Assembly: GCA_017561145.1 (NCBI GenBank)
Contig: JAFZDO010000008.1
Coordinates: forward strand, 489 to 64,488
Reading direction: 5' to 3'
Origin: Clostridia bacterium
Lineage (GTDB): Bacteria; Bacillota; Clostridia; Oscillospirales; CAG-382
Length of the DNA: 64,000 bases
The notes under the pieces: generated by a model
Database searches by the model: none
The model's input: the letters and a program-made list of their open reading frames with translations, nothing else
What the model was told of the DNA's origin: nothing
Translations under genes and position numbers: made by a program
In this document: positions 18,501-26,819 of the stretch, in pieces
How the letters are laid out: each line of letters begins with the position of its first letter
How positions within the stretch are numbered: the first letter of the stretch is position 1

Positions 18501-19098
18501 TATCCGCGTATGCTTTACAAAGCTCGGTAATTTAAAATATATCTCCCATCTCGACCTCCAGCGTGCCATTCACAGAATGCTCGTAAGAAGCGGTCTGCCC
18601 ATTTCCTACAGCGAGGGCTTCAATCCCCATCCCCGTCTTAATATCGCGCTTCCGCTTTCTATCTATCAAGAAGGCGAAAGAGAGCTTTGCGATTTCCGTG
18701 TGACCGAGGATATCGATGTCCTTACGATAAAAAGCAAGCTTCAGTCTGCCGCATTTCCCGGACTCGATATCGTTTCGGTTGAAATTGCCGACAGAAAGCT
18801 TACGACCAAGCGCGCGGTATGGCGTCTTGAGCTTGAAACCGATATCACCGAGGAGGAATTCAAAACCGCATTAAGCGGCGAAATGAAGGTCGTCAAGCGC
18901 TCGAAGACGGGCGAAAAGACCGTCGACATCTCGCCTATGGTAAAATTTGTTTCCTGCGAGTCGGAAAACGGCTTCACGGTACTTCGCGTAGAGCTTAACG
19001 CCGCAGGCAACGATTACCTCAATCCCTCTTACGTGGCGGCGTTCTTCGGCGACCGCGTAAAAATCAAAAGAGTAGTTCGCGAGAATATTATATTTTAA
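18493..19098 (+). CDS. Radical-SAM-linked protein, TIGR03936/DUF2344-like
   Basis: The ATG at 18493 overlaps the upstream stop (ATGGCTGA). The N-terminus MADIRVCFTKLGNLKYISHLDLQRA is characteristic of the family. The upstream 37 codons of the listed ORF lie inside the previous gene. Confidence 0.7.
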   Translation: MADIRVCFTKLGNLKYISHLDLQRAIHRMLVRSGLPISYSEGFNPHPRLNIALPLSIYQEGERELCDFRVTEDIDVLTIKSKLQSAAFPGLDIVSVEIADRKLTTKRAVWRLELETDITEEEFKTALSGEMKVVKRSKTGEKTVDISPMVKFVSCESENGFTVLRVELNAAGNDYLNPSYVAAFFGDRVKIKRVVRENIIF

Positions 19099-19108
19099 CA
19101 ATTTTCTA

Positions 19109-19137
19109 TTGATATTGAGCATATTGTTTGATATAAT
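19109..19137 (+). promoter_or_regulatory. sigma-A type promoter, TTGATA-17-TATAAT, ending 9 nt before the lipoprotein ATG
   Basis: TTGATAttgagcatattgtttgaTATAAT. There is no Shine-Dalgarno sequence between it and the ATG at 19147. Confidence 0.55.
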
Positions 19138-19146
19138 CATAATGAT

Positions 19147-20481
19147 ATGAAATATGTAAAAATTGATTTTTTGACGAAGTTAATAATTTTTGCACTTTTG
19201 CTTGCAATTTCTGTCGGTCTGTGCGCCTGCTCGGATGCAAACGACAACGCTTCCGACGCGTCCGACGGCTCTGCCGAGGAAAGCTTCGAGCTTCCCGATT
19301 TTTCTGAGGAAGAGCTCCCTGCGGACGATATCGAATTTACAAGAGAAAAGGCGATAGCGTTGATCGGGTCGGACCGACTCGTTACCGAAATTTTCGTTAA
19401 CAACTCGCTTTACAAGGGCGGCAACAAAACCGCCGAATATTACGGCTTGCCGGTCGAAAGCGAATACGTTAATTTCAAGGCGGTAACGTCGCTGCTCAAC
19501 AACACCTATACGAAGGGCGGCGGATGCATTGATGCATTTTTAAGCTATCCTCAGGGCTTGCCCCCTGCGGTGACTCAAAAGAACGGCCGTACCTACGTCT
19601 TCCGCCATCCGACCGAGCAATATCTCGATTTCATCAGACCCGATACCGTAAAGGTAACGGATACCGAGCTTGAAACCGAAAAGTATATCACCGCCGAAAC
19701 AAACACCTCGAAAAGGGTAGTGCTCAAAGCCGTGCTCGAGGACGGAAGATGGCGTCTTGAAAAGGGTATTTTCAGCGTTAATCCCTTCGAAGAGGTAAAG
19801 AATGAAGAAAAGCTCCTTTATTCCGATATCGGCTCCTTCAAGTCTCTTTCCGGCAGTCTGCTGGTTATCGAATTTTTCATCAGCGACAGATCGAGTGAGT
19901 TTATATCCGAGGAGGAAGAGGAATATCACGGACGTATCTCGACCGCGATAAGCTATCTTGCCGACACCGCCGAAAAATACGGAAAAACGCTTGAGCCCAC
20001 GTATAAAAGAGCGTATTTCAAGCACGACGGCGTGTTAGGTATCCGTTCGCTCGATTTCGATATAATGTTTGCCGATACCGGCTTCGGAACGCTTGAGGCC
20101 TTTGCGGAGCAAAATTACGATCTGACGCAATACGACAATTACGTTTTCGTCGTCTGCCTTGATAAAGAGGCTGATGTCACAAACGAGCTTTACAAAAATA
20201 CCGATCAAACGCGCATCTATTCAGGCGAGCGCGTCATTATCGGACAAAAGAGCGAGATAGCCGATATCTGCGCCTCGATGTTAAAGCTTGTAGGCGCTTA
20301 CGGATATGACGACGGACTTTGCGACGAATATACAGAAGCGCTTTATCACGCTTATTATAAGGACGATATACTTATTTCAAAAAGTCTTGTAAATTCGTCA
20401 ATTTCTCCCGTTACGGCATTTGCCTGCGGTCTCACCGATTCGCTTGACCGCTACAACAGTATCTTTTATTACGGAAAATAA
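19147..20481 (+). CDS. Lipoprotein of unknown function
   Basis: 444 aa. Signal peptide plus lipobox (LLLAISVGLCAC), then an acidic linker. I recognise no family motif. Confidence 0.6.
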   Translation: MKYVKIDFLTKLIIFALLLAISVGLCACSDANDNASDASDGSAEESFELPDFSEEELPADDIEFTREKAIALIGSDRLVTEIFVNNSLYKGGNKTAEYYGLPVESEYVNFKAVTSLLNNTYTKGGGCIDAFLSYPQGLPPAVTQKNGRTYVFRHPTEQYLDFIRPDTVKVTDTELETEKYITAETNTSKRVVLKAVLEDGRWRLEKGIFSVNPFEEVKNEEKLLYSDIGSFKSLSGSLLVIEFFISDRSSEFISEEEEEYHGRISTAISYLADTAEKYGKTLEPTYKRAYFKHDGVLGIRSLDFDIMFADTGFGTLEAFAEQNYDLTQYDNYVFVVCLDKEADVTNELYKNTDQTRIYSGERVIIGQKSEIADICASMLKLVGAYGYDDGLCDEYTEALYHAYYKDDILISKSLVNSSISPVTAFACGLTDSLDRYNSIFYYGK

Positions 20482-20514
20482 ACGCTTACTTAAATAAAAG
20501 CGAGGGATTTTAAA

Positions 20515-21228
20515 ATGGCTAATCAATACAAACGCGTACTTATTAAACTCAGCGGCGAAGCTCTTGCGGGCGAGAAAAAAGGTATTCTCGACGGAGATAT
20601 GCTTTCCTCCGTTGCGGAAAAGATCGCACTTCTCGTTAAAGACGGCGTGCAGATCAGCATCGTTATCGGCGCAGGCAACATCTGGCGCGGCGCAAGACAA
20701 AACGGACTTGACGTCGACCGTGTGCGCGGCGACCATATGGGAATGCTTGCGACGGTTATCAACTCTCTTGCAATGCAGGATTACATTCTTAAAACAGGCG
20801 TAAAGGCGCACGTTATGAGCGCGGTTCAGATCCAACAGTTCTGCGAGCCTTATGCACAGTATAAAGCCATTGAATATCTCGAGCAGGGTGAGGTAGTTAT
20901 CCTTGCCTGCGGTGTGGGATATCCCTTCTTCTCGACCGACACGGGCATGATGCTCCGCGCGGCAGAGCTAAAATGCGATGCGGTCCTTTCTGCAAAGAAC
21001 GTCGACGGCGTTTACGATAAGGATCCCGTAAAATATGCAGATGCAGTCAAGTTTGACGAGCTTACCTATCAAGAGCTCCTCTCACGCGGACTCAAGGCGA
21101 TCGACCAGAGTGCCGCTACCATCGGTGAGGAATGCGACATAAAAACCGTAATTTTCCCGCTTTCCGATCCCCAAAATATCATTTCCGCCGCAAAAGGCGA
21201 AACCATCGGCACATTACTTCATAAATAA
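20515..21228 (+). CDS. pyrH: UMP kinase
   Basis: 237 aa. YKRVLIKLSGEAL and GAGNIWRG motifs, in conserved pyrH-frr synteny. Confidence 0.97.
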   Translation: MANQYKRVLIKLSGEALAGEKKGILDGDMLSSVAEKIALLVKDGVQISIVIGAGNIWRGARQNGLDVDRVRGDHMGMLATVINSLAMQDYILKTGVKAHVMSAVQIQQFCEPYAQYKAIEYLEQGEVVILACGVGYPFFSTDTGMMLRAAELKCDAVLSAKNVDGVYDKDPVKYADAVKFDELTYQELLSRGLKAIDQSAATIGEECDIKTVIFPLSDPQNIISAAKGETIGTLLHK

Positions 21229-21268
21229 AAAAATTAAGATATATAACTAAAAAAGGAAGGTAACAAAA

Positions 21269-21820
21269 ATGTTCGACATTAAGCCCTTTGAAGAAAAAAT
21301 GAAAAAATCCATTTCCGTCCTCGAGGAGGATTTTGACACTATAAGAGTAGGCAGAGCAAGCTCTAAGGTTCTCGATAAGATCACCGTACCCTATTACGGC
21401 ACTCCTACCGGTCTTGACGGCGTTGCTACCATCAAGGCAACCGACGCAAGAACTCTCATGATCACTCCCTGGGAAACCAATATGCTCAAGGAAATCGAAA
21501 AGGCTATCCTTGCTTCCGACGTAGGCATCACCCCCACCAACGACGGCAAATGCATCCGTCTTTCCTTCCCCGCACTTACCGAGGAACGCAGAAAAGAGCT
21601 CACCAAGAAGACCGCAAAAATGGGCGAGGACTGCAAGGTTGCTATCCGTAATATCCGCCGCGAAGCAAACGATAACGCAAAGGCATTGAAGAAGAACTCC
21701 GTTATCACCGAGGATGACCTTAAGGATGCTGAAAAGAAGATTCAGGATCTCACCGATAAGCTCATCAAGGAAGTTGATGCCGCTATCGCTAAAAAAGACA
21801 AGGAAATCATGGAAATATAA
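21269..21820 (+). CDS. frr: Ribosome recycling factor
   Basis: 183 aa. Typical RRF sequence (TIRVGRASSKVLD..., LTEERRKEL). Confidence 0.97.
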   Translation: MFDIKPFEEKMKKSISVLEEDFDTIRVGRASSKVLDKITVPYYGTPTGLDGVATIKATDARTLMITPWETNMLKEIEKAILASDVGITPTNDGKCIRLSFPALTEERRKELTKKTAKMGEDCKVAIRNIRREANDNAKALKKNSVITEDDLKDAEKKIQDLTDKLIKEVDAAIAKKDKEIMEI

Positions 21821-21920
21821 ATAAAGCCCTAAAAACGGCAAGCGTTTTCGGGGACCCCAAAATTAAACCCCAAAAACACTTTGTGTTTTCGGGGACCCCA
21901 TAAAGCCCCAAAAACGGCAG
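21821..21920 (+). repeat. Two and a half tandem units of the CCCyAAAAAC..GTTTTCGGGGACCCCA hairpin repeat
   Basis: Unit A is 21826..21859 and unit B is 21868..21900. A truncated unit, TAAAGCCCCAAAAACGGCAG, follows from 21901. Both complete units end in the identical TTTTCGGGGACCCCA. Confidence 0.7.
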
Positions 21921-22031
21921 GTATTAATAATTTCCTAAAATAATTTCACAAATTTAATCAAAAATTACCGTTAAAACCGAGGTTTAACCCCCTCGGTTTT
22001 AGCCGATTTTATGAAAAGTTTCGAGGTTCGT

Positions 22032-22718
22032 ATGTCAGAGCAAATTATTCCTAAGCATATCGCCATAATAATGGACGGAAACGGCAGATGGGCAAAAAAA
22101 CGTCTGCTTCCGCGCACTGCGGGACACAAGGTCGGTCTTGATACCTTTGTCAACACCGTCGATACCTGTTGCGCTCTTGGAATAGAATATCTTACGGTCT
22201 ATGCCTTTTCGGCAGAGAACTGGAACCGCTCGGAGGATGAGGTTTCCGCCCTTATGGAGCTTATGAGCAAGGGCATTACCAAATACGAGCCCGAGATGAA
22301 CCGTCTTAACATAAGACTGCGCCTTGTGGGTGACATCGACCGCTTCGCGCCGAAATACCGCGATGCATTGCGCGGAGTGGAATCGCGCCTTGACAAAAAC
22401 AGCGGTATGACGCTTTGCATCTGCCTTTCCTATGGCGGACGTCAGGAATTGGTTTATGCCGTCAACAAGCTTTTAAAGGAGGGCAAAACCGAAATTACCG
22501 ACAAGGATATTACTTCAAGCCTTTACACAAAGGACGTTCCCGATCCCGATCTTATCATCCGCACGAGCGGAGAATACCGCATTTCCAATTTTCTTTTGTG
22601 GCAGTCGGCATATTCGGAATATTATTTCACCGACGTGCTCTGGCCCGATTTCGACAAAAACGAGCTTTTAAAAGCGATCGATTCTTATTCAAAGCGCGAG
22701 CGCCGCTTTGGGAGGTAA
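22032..22718 (+). CDS. uppS: Isoprenyl transferase (undecaprenyl-diphosphate synthase)
   Basis: The ATG at 22032 follows GAGG. Motifs: IIMDGNGRWA, RTSGEYRISNFLLWQ. Confidence 0.93.
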   Translation: MSEQIIPKHIAIIMDGNGRWAKKRLLPRTAGHKVGLDTFVNTVDTCCALGIEYLTVYAFSAENWNRSEDEVSALMELMSKGITKYEPEMNRLNIRLRLVGDIDRFAPKYRDALRGVESRLDKNSGMTLCICLSYGGRQELVYAVNKLLKEGKTEITDKDITSSLYTKDVPDPDLIIRTSGEYRISNFLLWQSAYSEYYFTDVLWPDFDKNELLKAIDSYSKRERRFGR

Positions 22719-22721
22719 AAA

Positions 22722-23510
22722 ATGGTAACAAGAATTCTTACGGCAATAGTAGCACTTTTGCTTCTTATTCCGCTTCTTATCTGGGGCGGTGCTTGGGGTG
22801 CAGGCGCTTTGTTTGCGCTTATCGCAGGCTTTTCGGTCTATGAAATGCTCGGTTGCTGCGGACTGTTCAAAAAATGGGCTGTTTCGATAACCTCCATCAT
22901 CGTTGCGGCATTTATTTCGATTTCGCCTGTATGGGATACAAATATCGCCGCAAAGGTTATAATTCTCGGCTTGCCCGCACTAACCGTGCTTTTCCTCATT
23001 TTTGCCGTTATCACCCACGCAAATACCGACGTTGAACGTCTGTTGATGTTCATCACGCTTTTCACATACATCACCGCAGGATTTACCGCGCTTTCCTTTA
23101 TGCGCGTAAGCTACGGACTCTGGGCAGTCGCTTTGGTTTTGAGCGTTGCCTGGGCGACCGATACCTTTGCATATTTTTCGGGTATGCTTTTCGGCAACAA
23201 AAAGCTTTGCCCCAACATTTCGCCGAAAAAGACGATAGCAGGCGCTGTCGGCGGCACTGCATTCGGAACAGCGGCAGGCGTTTTGGTGTTCTGGCTTGCC
23301 GATAAAAATCCGCTTTTGGGACTTATAGCGCTTCCTCTTTCTGTGGTAAGTCAATTCGGCGACCTTGCCGCGTCTGTAATCAAACGCCGCTTCGGTGTCA
23401 AGGACTACGGCAAGATATTCCCCGGTCACGGCGGTGTGCTCGACAGATTCGACAGCATCATCCCCGTTGCGATAATCAGCCTCGCGTTGCTTTTCGTGCT
23501 CGGTGTGTAA
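22722..23510 (+). CDS. cdsA: Phosphatidate cytidylyltransferase
   Basis: 262 aa, polytopic. It carries the C-terminal CdsA signature (SVIKRRFGVKDYGKIFPGHGGVLDRFDS). Confidence 0.93.
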   Translation: MVTRILTAIVALLLLIPLLIWGGAWGAGALFALIAGFSVYEMLGCCGLFKKWAVSITSIIVAAFISISPVWDTNIAAKVIILGLPALTVLFLIFAVITHANTDVERLLMFITLFTYITAGFTALSFMRVSYGLWAVALVLSVAWATDTFAYFSGMLFGNKKLCPNISPKKTIAGAVGGTAFGTAAGVLVFWLADKNPLLGLIALPLSVVSQFGDLAASVIKRRFGVKDYGKIFPGHGGVLDRFDSIIPVAIISLALLFVLGV

Positions 23511-23522
23511 TAGGGTGTAAAT

Positions 23523-24662
23523 ATGCAAAATTCCATTACTCTTCTCGGTTCGACAGGATCAATAGGCAAGCAAACTCTCGACGTTGTGCGTAATTTGGGA
23601 TTAACGGTGGAATCGCTTTCCGCCCATTCCAACGCGCAGTTACTTGCCGACCAATGCCGTGAATTCAAGCCGAAGCGCGCGTGCATTGGCAAAGAAAAAT
23701 ATAACGAATTCAAGCTTCTCGTTTCCGACCTCGATATCGAAATTCTTTGCGGTGACGAGGGTGTCGAGCAGCTTGCAAGCGAGGATAAAAGCGAAATGCT
23801 CGTTAACGCCGTGCTCGGCATGAAGGGCTTAAAGCCCACCGTCAATGCGGCAAACAAGGGCAAAAAGATTGCCTTTGCCAACAAGGAAACGCTTGTCGCA
23901 GGCGGTAAATTGGTTACCGATGCGGTAAAAAAGGGCTTTGCTACGCTTTTGCCCGTCGATAGCGAGCATTCTGCGATATTTCAATGCATTCAGGGCAAGA
24001 ATAAAATTAAAAAGATATGGCTTACCGGCTCGGGCGGCCCGTTTTTCGGTAAGGATTATGAATTTTTAAAGACCGTAACGCCCGAAATGGCGATAAAGCA
24101 TCCGCGATGGAGTATGGGCAAAAAGATCTCGGTTGACAGCGCAAGCCTTATGAACAAAGGCCTTGAGTTTATCGAGGCGGTCCATCTTTTCGACATATCT
24201 CCCGACCAAGTCGAGGTCGTCATCCATCCGCAAAGCATCGTGCATTCGCTCGTTGAGTTTGAGGATAACGCAATTCTCGCTCAAATGGGCACACCCGATA
24301 TGCGCGTTTGCATCCAATATGCGCTCACCTATCCCGAAAGAAAGCCCTCACAGGCAGAAAGCCTCGACCTTTTCGGTCAGAAGCTCGAATTTTTAAATTA
24401 CGACAGAACGGCGTTTCCCTTGCTCGAAATTGCGAAAAAATCGCTTAAAACAGGCGGAAATCTGCCAGCAATAATGAACGGCGCAAACGAAGAAGCCGTT
24501 GCGCTCTTCCTTGACCACAAAATCGGCTTTACCCAAATGTTCGATCTTGTCATCGATACGGTCGAAAGCATCAACACGGTACCGATCATCAAGGAACCCA
24601 CGCTTGACGATATTATCGCGTCGGATAAAGCCGCGCGTGAATACGTCCGTTCGCATATTTGA
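23523..24662 (+). CDS. dxr: 1-deoxy-D-xylulose 5-phosphate reductoisomerase
   Basis: 379 aa. Motifs: LGSTGSIGKQTLDV, LPVDSEHSAIFQC. Confidence 0.96.
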   Translation: MQNSITLLGSTGSIGKQTLDVVRNLGLTVESLSAHSNAQLLADQCREFKPKRACIGKEKYNEFKLLVSDLDIEILCGDEGVEQLASEDKSEMLVNAVLGMKGLKPTVNAANKGKKIAFANKETLVAGGKLVTDAVKKGFATLLPVDSEHSAIFQCIQGKNKIKKIWLTGSGGPFFGKDYEFLKTVTPEMAIKHPRWSMGKKISVDSASLMNKGLEFIEAVHLFDISPDQVEVVIHPQSIVHSLVEFEDNAILAQMGTPDMRVCIQYALTYPERKPSQAESLDLFGQKLEFLNYDRTAFPLLEIAKKSLKTGGNLPAIMNGANEEAVALFLDHKIGFTQMFDLVIDTVESINTVPIIKEPTLDDIIASDKAAREYVRSHI

Positions 24663-24700
24663 TCAAGCGACGAACCCTTTAATTTAGGAGTGTTTATTTA

Positions 24701-25762
24701 ATGTTTCAATCTCTTTTAAGTCTTGCAGTAACGATTTTTATTTTTGGCCTGCTTATTTTCGTGCACGAATTCGGCCATTATATGGTCGCACGCGCCTTTA
24801 AGGTCGGCGTTATCGAATTTGCGATCGGTATGGGCCCAAAAATAAAGACTTGGAAAGGGAAATATAACGATTTTACCATCCGTGCGATCCCCATCGGCGG
24901 CTTTGTAAATATGGTCGGCGAATACGACGAGGAGATCCCCGACGAGCATAAATATAAAATTCCTCTTAACGAGCGCTCGGTATGGAAAAGAATGCTCATC
25001 GTCATCGCAGGCCCGGTTATGAACCTTCTGCTCGCCTTTTTGATAATGGTCGGCATCGTTTGCGGAAGCAACCTTATCGGCACCTCGATAGTAGCCGAGT
25101 TCGATGAAAACAGCGTTTCAAACCAATACGGACTTCAGGTAAACGATGAAATTATTACCGTTAACGGAAAGTCCATTCACTGCACCTCCGATCTTAACTA
25201 TAAAATAATCTCGGACGGCATTGAACCGATAGACATCGTCGTCCTACGCGACGGTAAGGAGATATTGCTCAAGGACGTAAAATTCGGAAGCGCCACCGAG
25301 GACGGTATCGTTATGGGCGTGATGGACTTTAAGGTCCGTGGTGTTAAAAAAACCTTTGGCGGAGTAATGAGCGAAGCCTTCTGGCAATCCTATTCAACCG
25401 TTTATATTACCTTCGATTCCTTGGTCGATACCTTCAGCGGACGATACGGCATCGATGCTGTCGGCGGCCCCGTTGCCGTCGGCGGAGAGATCGATAAAAC
25501 CATCAAGCAAAGCGAGGGCTTTACTGAAACACTCCTGACATTAAGCTCTCTTGTCGTAATGATCTCGGTGTCACTCGGTATCTTCAATCTTCTTCCCATT
25601 CCCGTGCTTGACGGCGGCAGATTGCTGTTTTATATCATCGAGGCGATTCGCCGCAAGCCGCTCAACCCCAAATATGAGCAAGCCGTAAGTGCAGTGTTCA
25701 CAGTGCTTTTGTTCGGACTTATGGCATTCGTTTTAATAAAGGATATTGCAGGACTTTTCTGA
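24701..25762 (+). CDS. rseP: RIP (site-2) zinc metalloprotease RseP/RasP family
   Basis: 353 aa. HEFGHY lies in TM1, a PDZ-like segment sits in the middle, and there is a C-terminal LDGG motif. Confidence 0.9.
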   Translation: MFQSLLSLAVTIFIFGLLIFVHEFGHYMVARAFKVGVIEFAIGMGPKIKTWKGKYNDFTIRAIPIGGFVNMVGEYDEEIPDEHKYKIPLNERSVWKRMLIVIAGPVMNLLLAFLIMVGIVCGSNLIGTSIVAEFDENSVSNQYGLQVNDEIITVNGKSIHCTSDLNYKIISDGIEPIDIVVLRDGKEILLKDVKFGSATEDGIVMGVMDFKVRGVKKTFGGVMSEAFWQSYSTVYITFDSLVDTFSGRYGIDAVGGPVAVGGEIDKTIKQSEGFTETLLTLSSLVVMISVSLGIFNLLPIPVLDGGRLLFYIIEAIRRKPLNPKYEQAVSAVFTVLLFGLMAFVLIKDIAGLF

Positions 25763-25763
25763 T

Positions 25764-26819
25764 ATGAAAAACACAAAAGAGGTAAAGATCGGTAACGTTG
25801 CAATTGGCGGAAGCAACCCTATTGCGATACAGTCGATGACAAATACAAAAACAAGTAACAGGGAAGCGACGCTTGAGCAGATCAAGTCGCTCTCTGCCGC
25901 AGGATGCGATATCGTTCGCTTTACCGTAAACGATATGGCGGCGGCGGAAAATATACCCTATTACGTTGAAAATACGAATATCCCCCTTGTTGCCGATATA
26001 CATTTCGATTACCGCTTGGCGCTTGCTTCTGCCGAGCGCGGTATTTCTAAAATACGCATAAACCCCGGTAATATCGGCGAAAAGGAAAATATAAAAAAGG
26101 TGGCGCTTGCCTGCCGTGAGCGTAATATCCCGATAAGGATAGGCATCAACGGCGGCAGTGCCGAAAAATCGGTGCTCTTGAAATACGGCGGCCCTACTGC
26201 CGAAGCACTTGCCGAAAGCGCGTTGCTCAACGCACGAATGCTTGAAGAATTCGATTTTGACAATATCGTTCTTTCGGTAAAAAGCTCCGACGTTAAAACG
26301 ATGGTCGACGCAACCCGTATTTTAAGCGAAAGCTGCAATTACCCCTTGCATATCGGCGTTACCGAAACGGGCGAAGTTCGACGCGGCAATATCAAATCGG
26401 CAATCGGCATCGGATCGCTGTTGCTTGACGGAATCGGCAATACCGTACGCGTTTCGCTTACCGACGACCCCGTAAACGAGGTCTATGCCGCAAAGGACAT
26501 TCTTTTCTGCTGCGGTATCGGCAGCGGTATAAATATCGTTTCCTGCCCGACCTGCGGCAGAACCGAATCGAACGTTATATCGCTTGTCAATGAGCTCGAA
26601 AAAGCAACACGCGAAATAAAAACAAACCGCCGTCTTACGGTTGCGCTTATGGGCTGTGTAGTAAACGGTCCGGGCGAAGCAAAGCATGCCGATATCGGCG
26701 TAGCCTGCGGAAGGAATGAAGGACTGCTCTTCCGCAAGGGCGAAATTATTAAAAAGCTTGATGAAAGCGAGATAGTCCAAACACTCGTTTCAGAAATAAA
26801 GGAACTTATTAATGCTTAA
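25764..26819 (+). CDS. ispG: 4-hydroxy-3-methylbut-2-en-1-yl diphosphate synthase
   Basis: GcpE family (IQSMTNT, INPGNIG, C-terminal CPxCGR..GCVVNGPGE). The start is either 25764 or 25746. Confidence 0.93.
   Translation: MKNTKEVKIGNVAIGGSNPIAIQSMTNTKTSNREATLEQIKSLSAAGCDIVRFTVNDMAAAENIPYYVENTNIPLVADIHFDYRLALASAERGISKIRINPGNIGEKENIKKVALACRERNIPIRIGINGGSAEKSVLLKYGGPTAEALAESALLNARMLEEFDFDNIVLSVKSSDVKTMVDATRILSESCNYPLHIGVTETGEVRRGNIKSAIGIGSLLLDGIGNTVRVSLTDDPVNEVYAAKDILFCCGIGSGINIVSCPTCGRTESNVISLVNELEKATREIKTNRRLTVALMGCVVNGPGEAKHADIGVACGRNEGLLFRKGEIIKKLDESEIVQTLVSEIKELINA

Noticed and set aside
21821-21920. Possible tiny CRISPR array (repeated ~40-nt units)
   Set aside because: There are only 2.5 units. 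Each unit is itself a hairpin with a variable loop, there are no spacer-like unique segments of 30+ nt, and no cas genes are present. I report it as a REP-like hairpin family instead.
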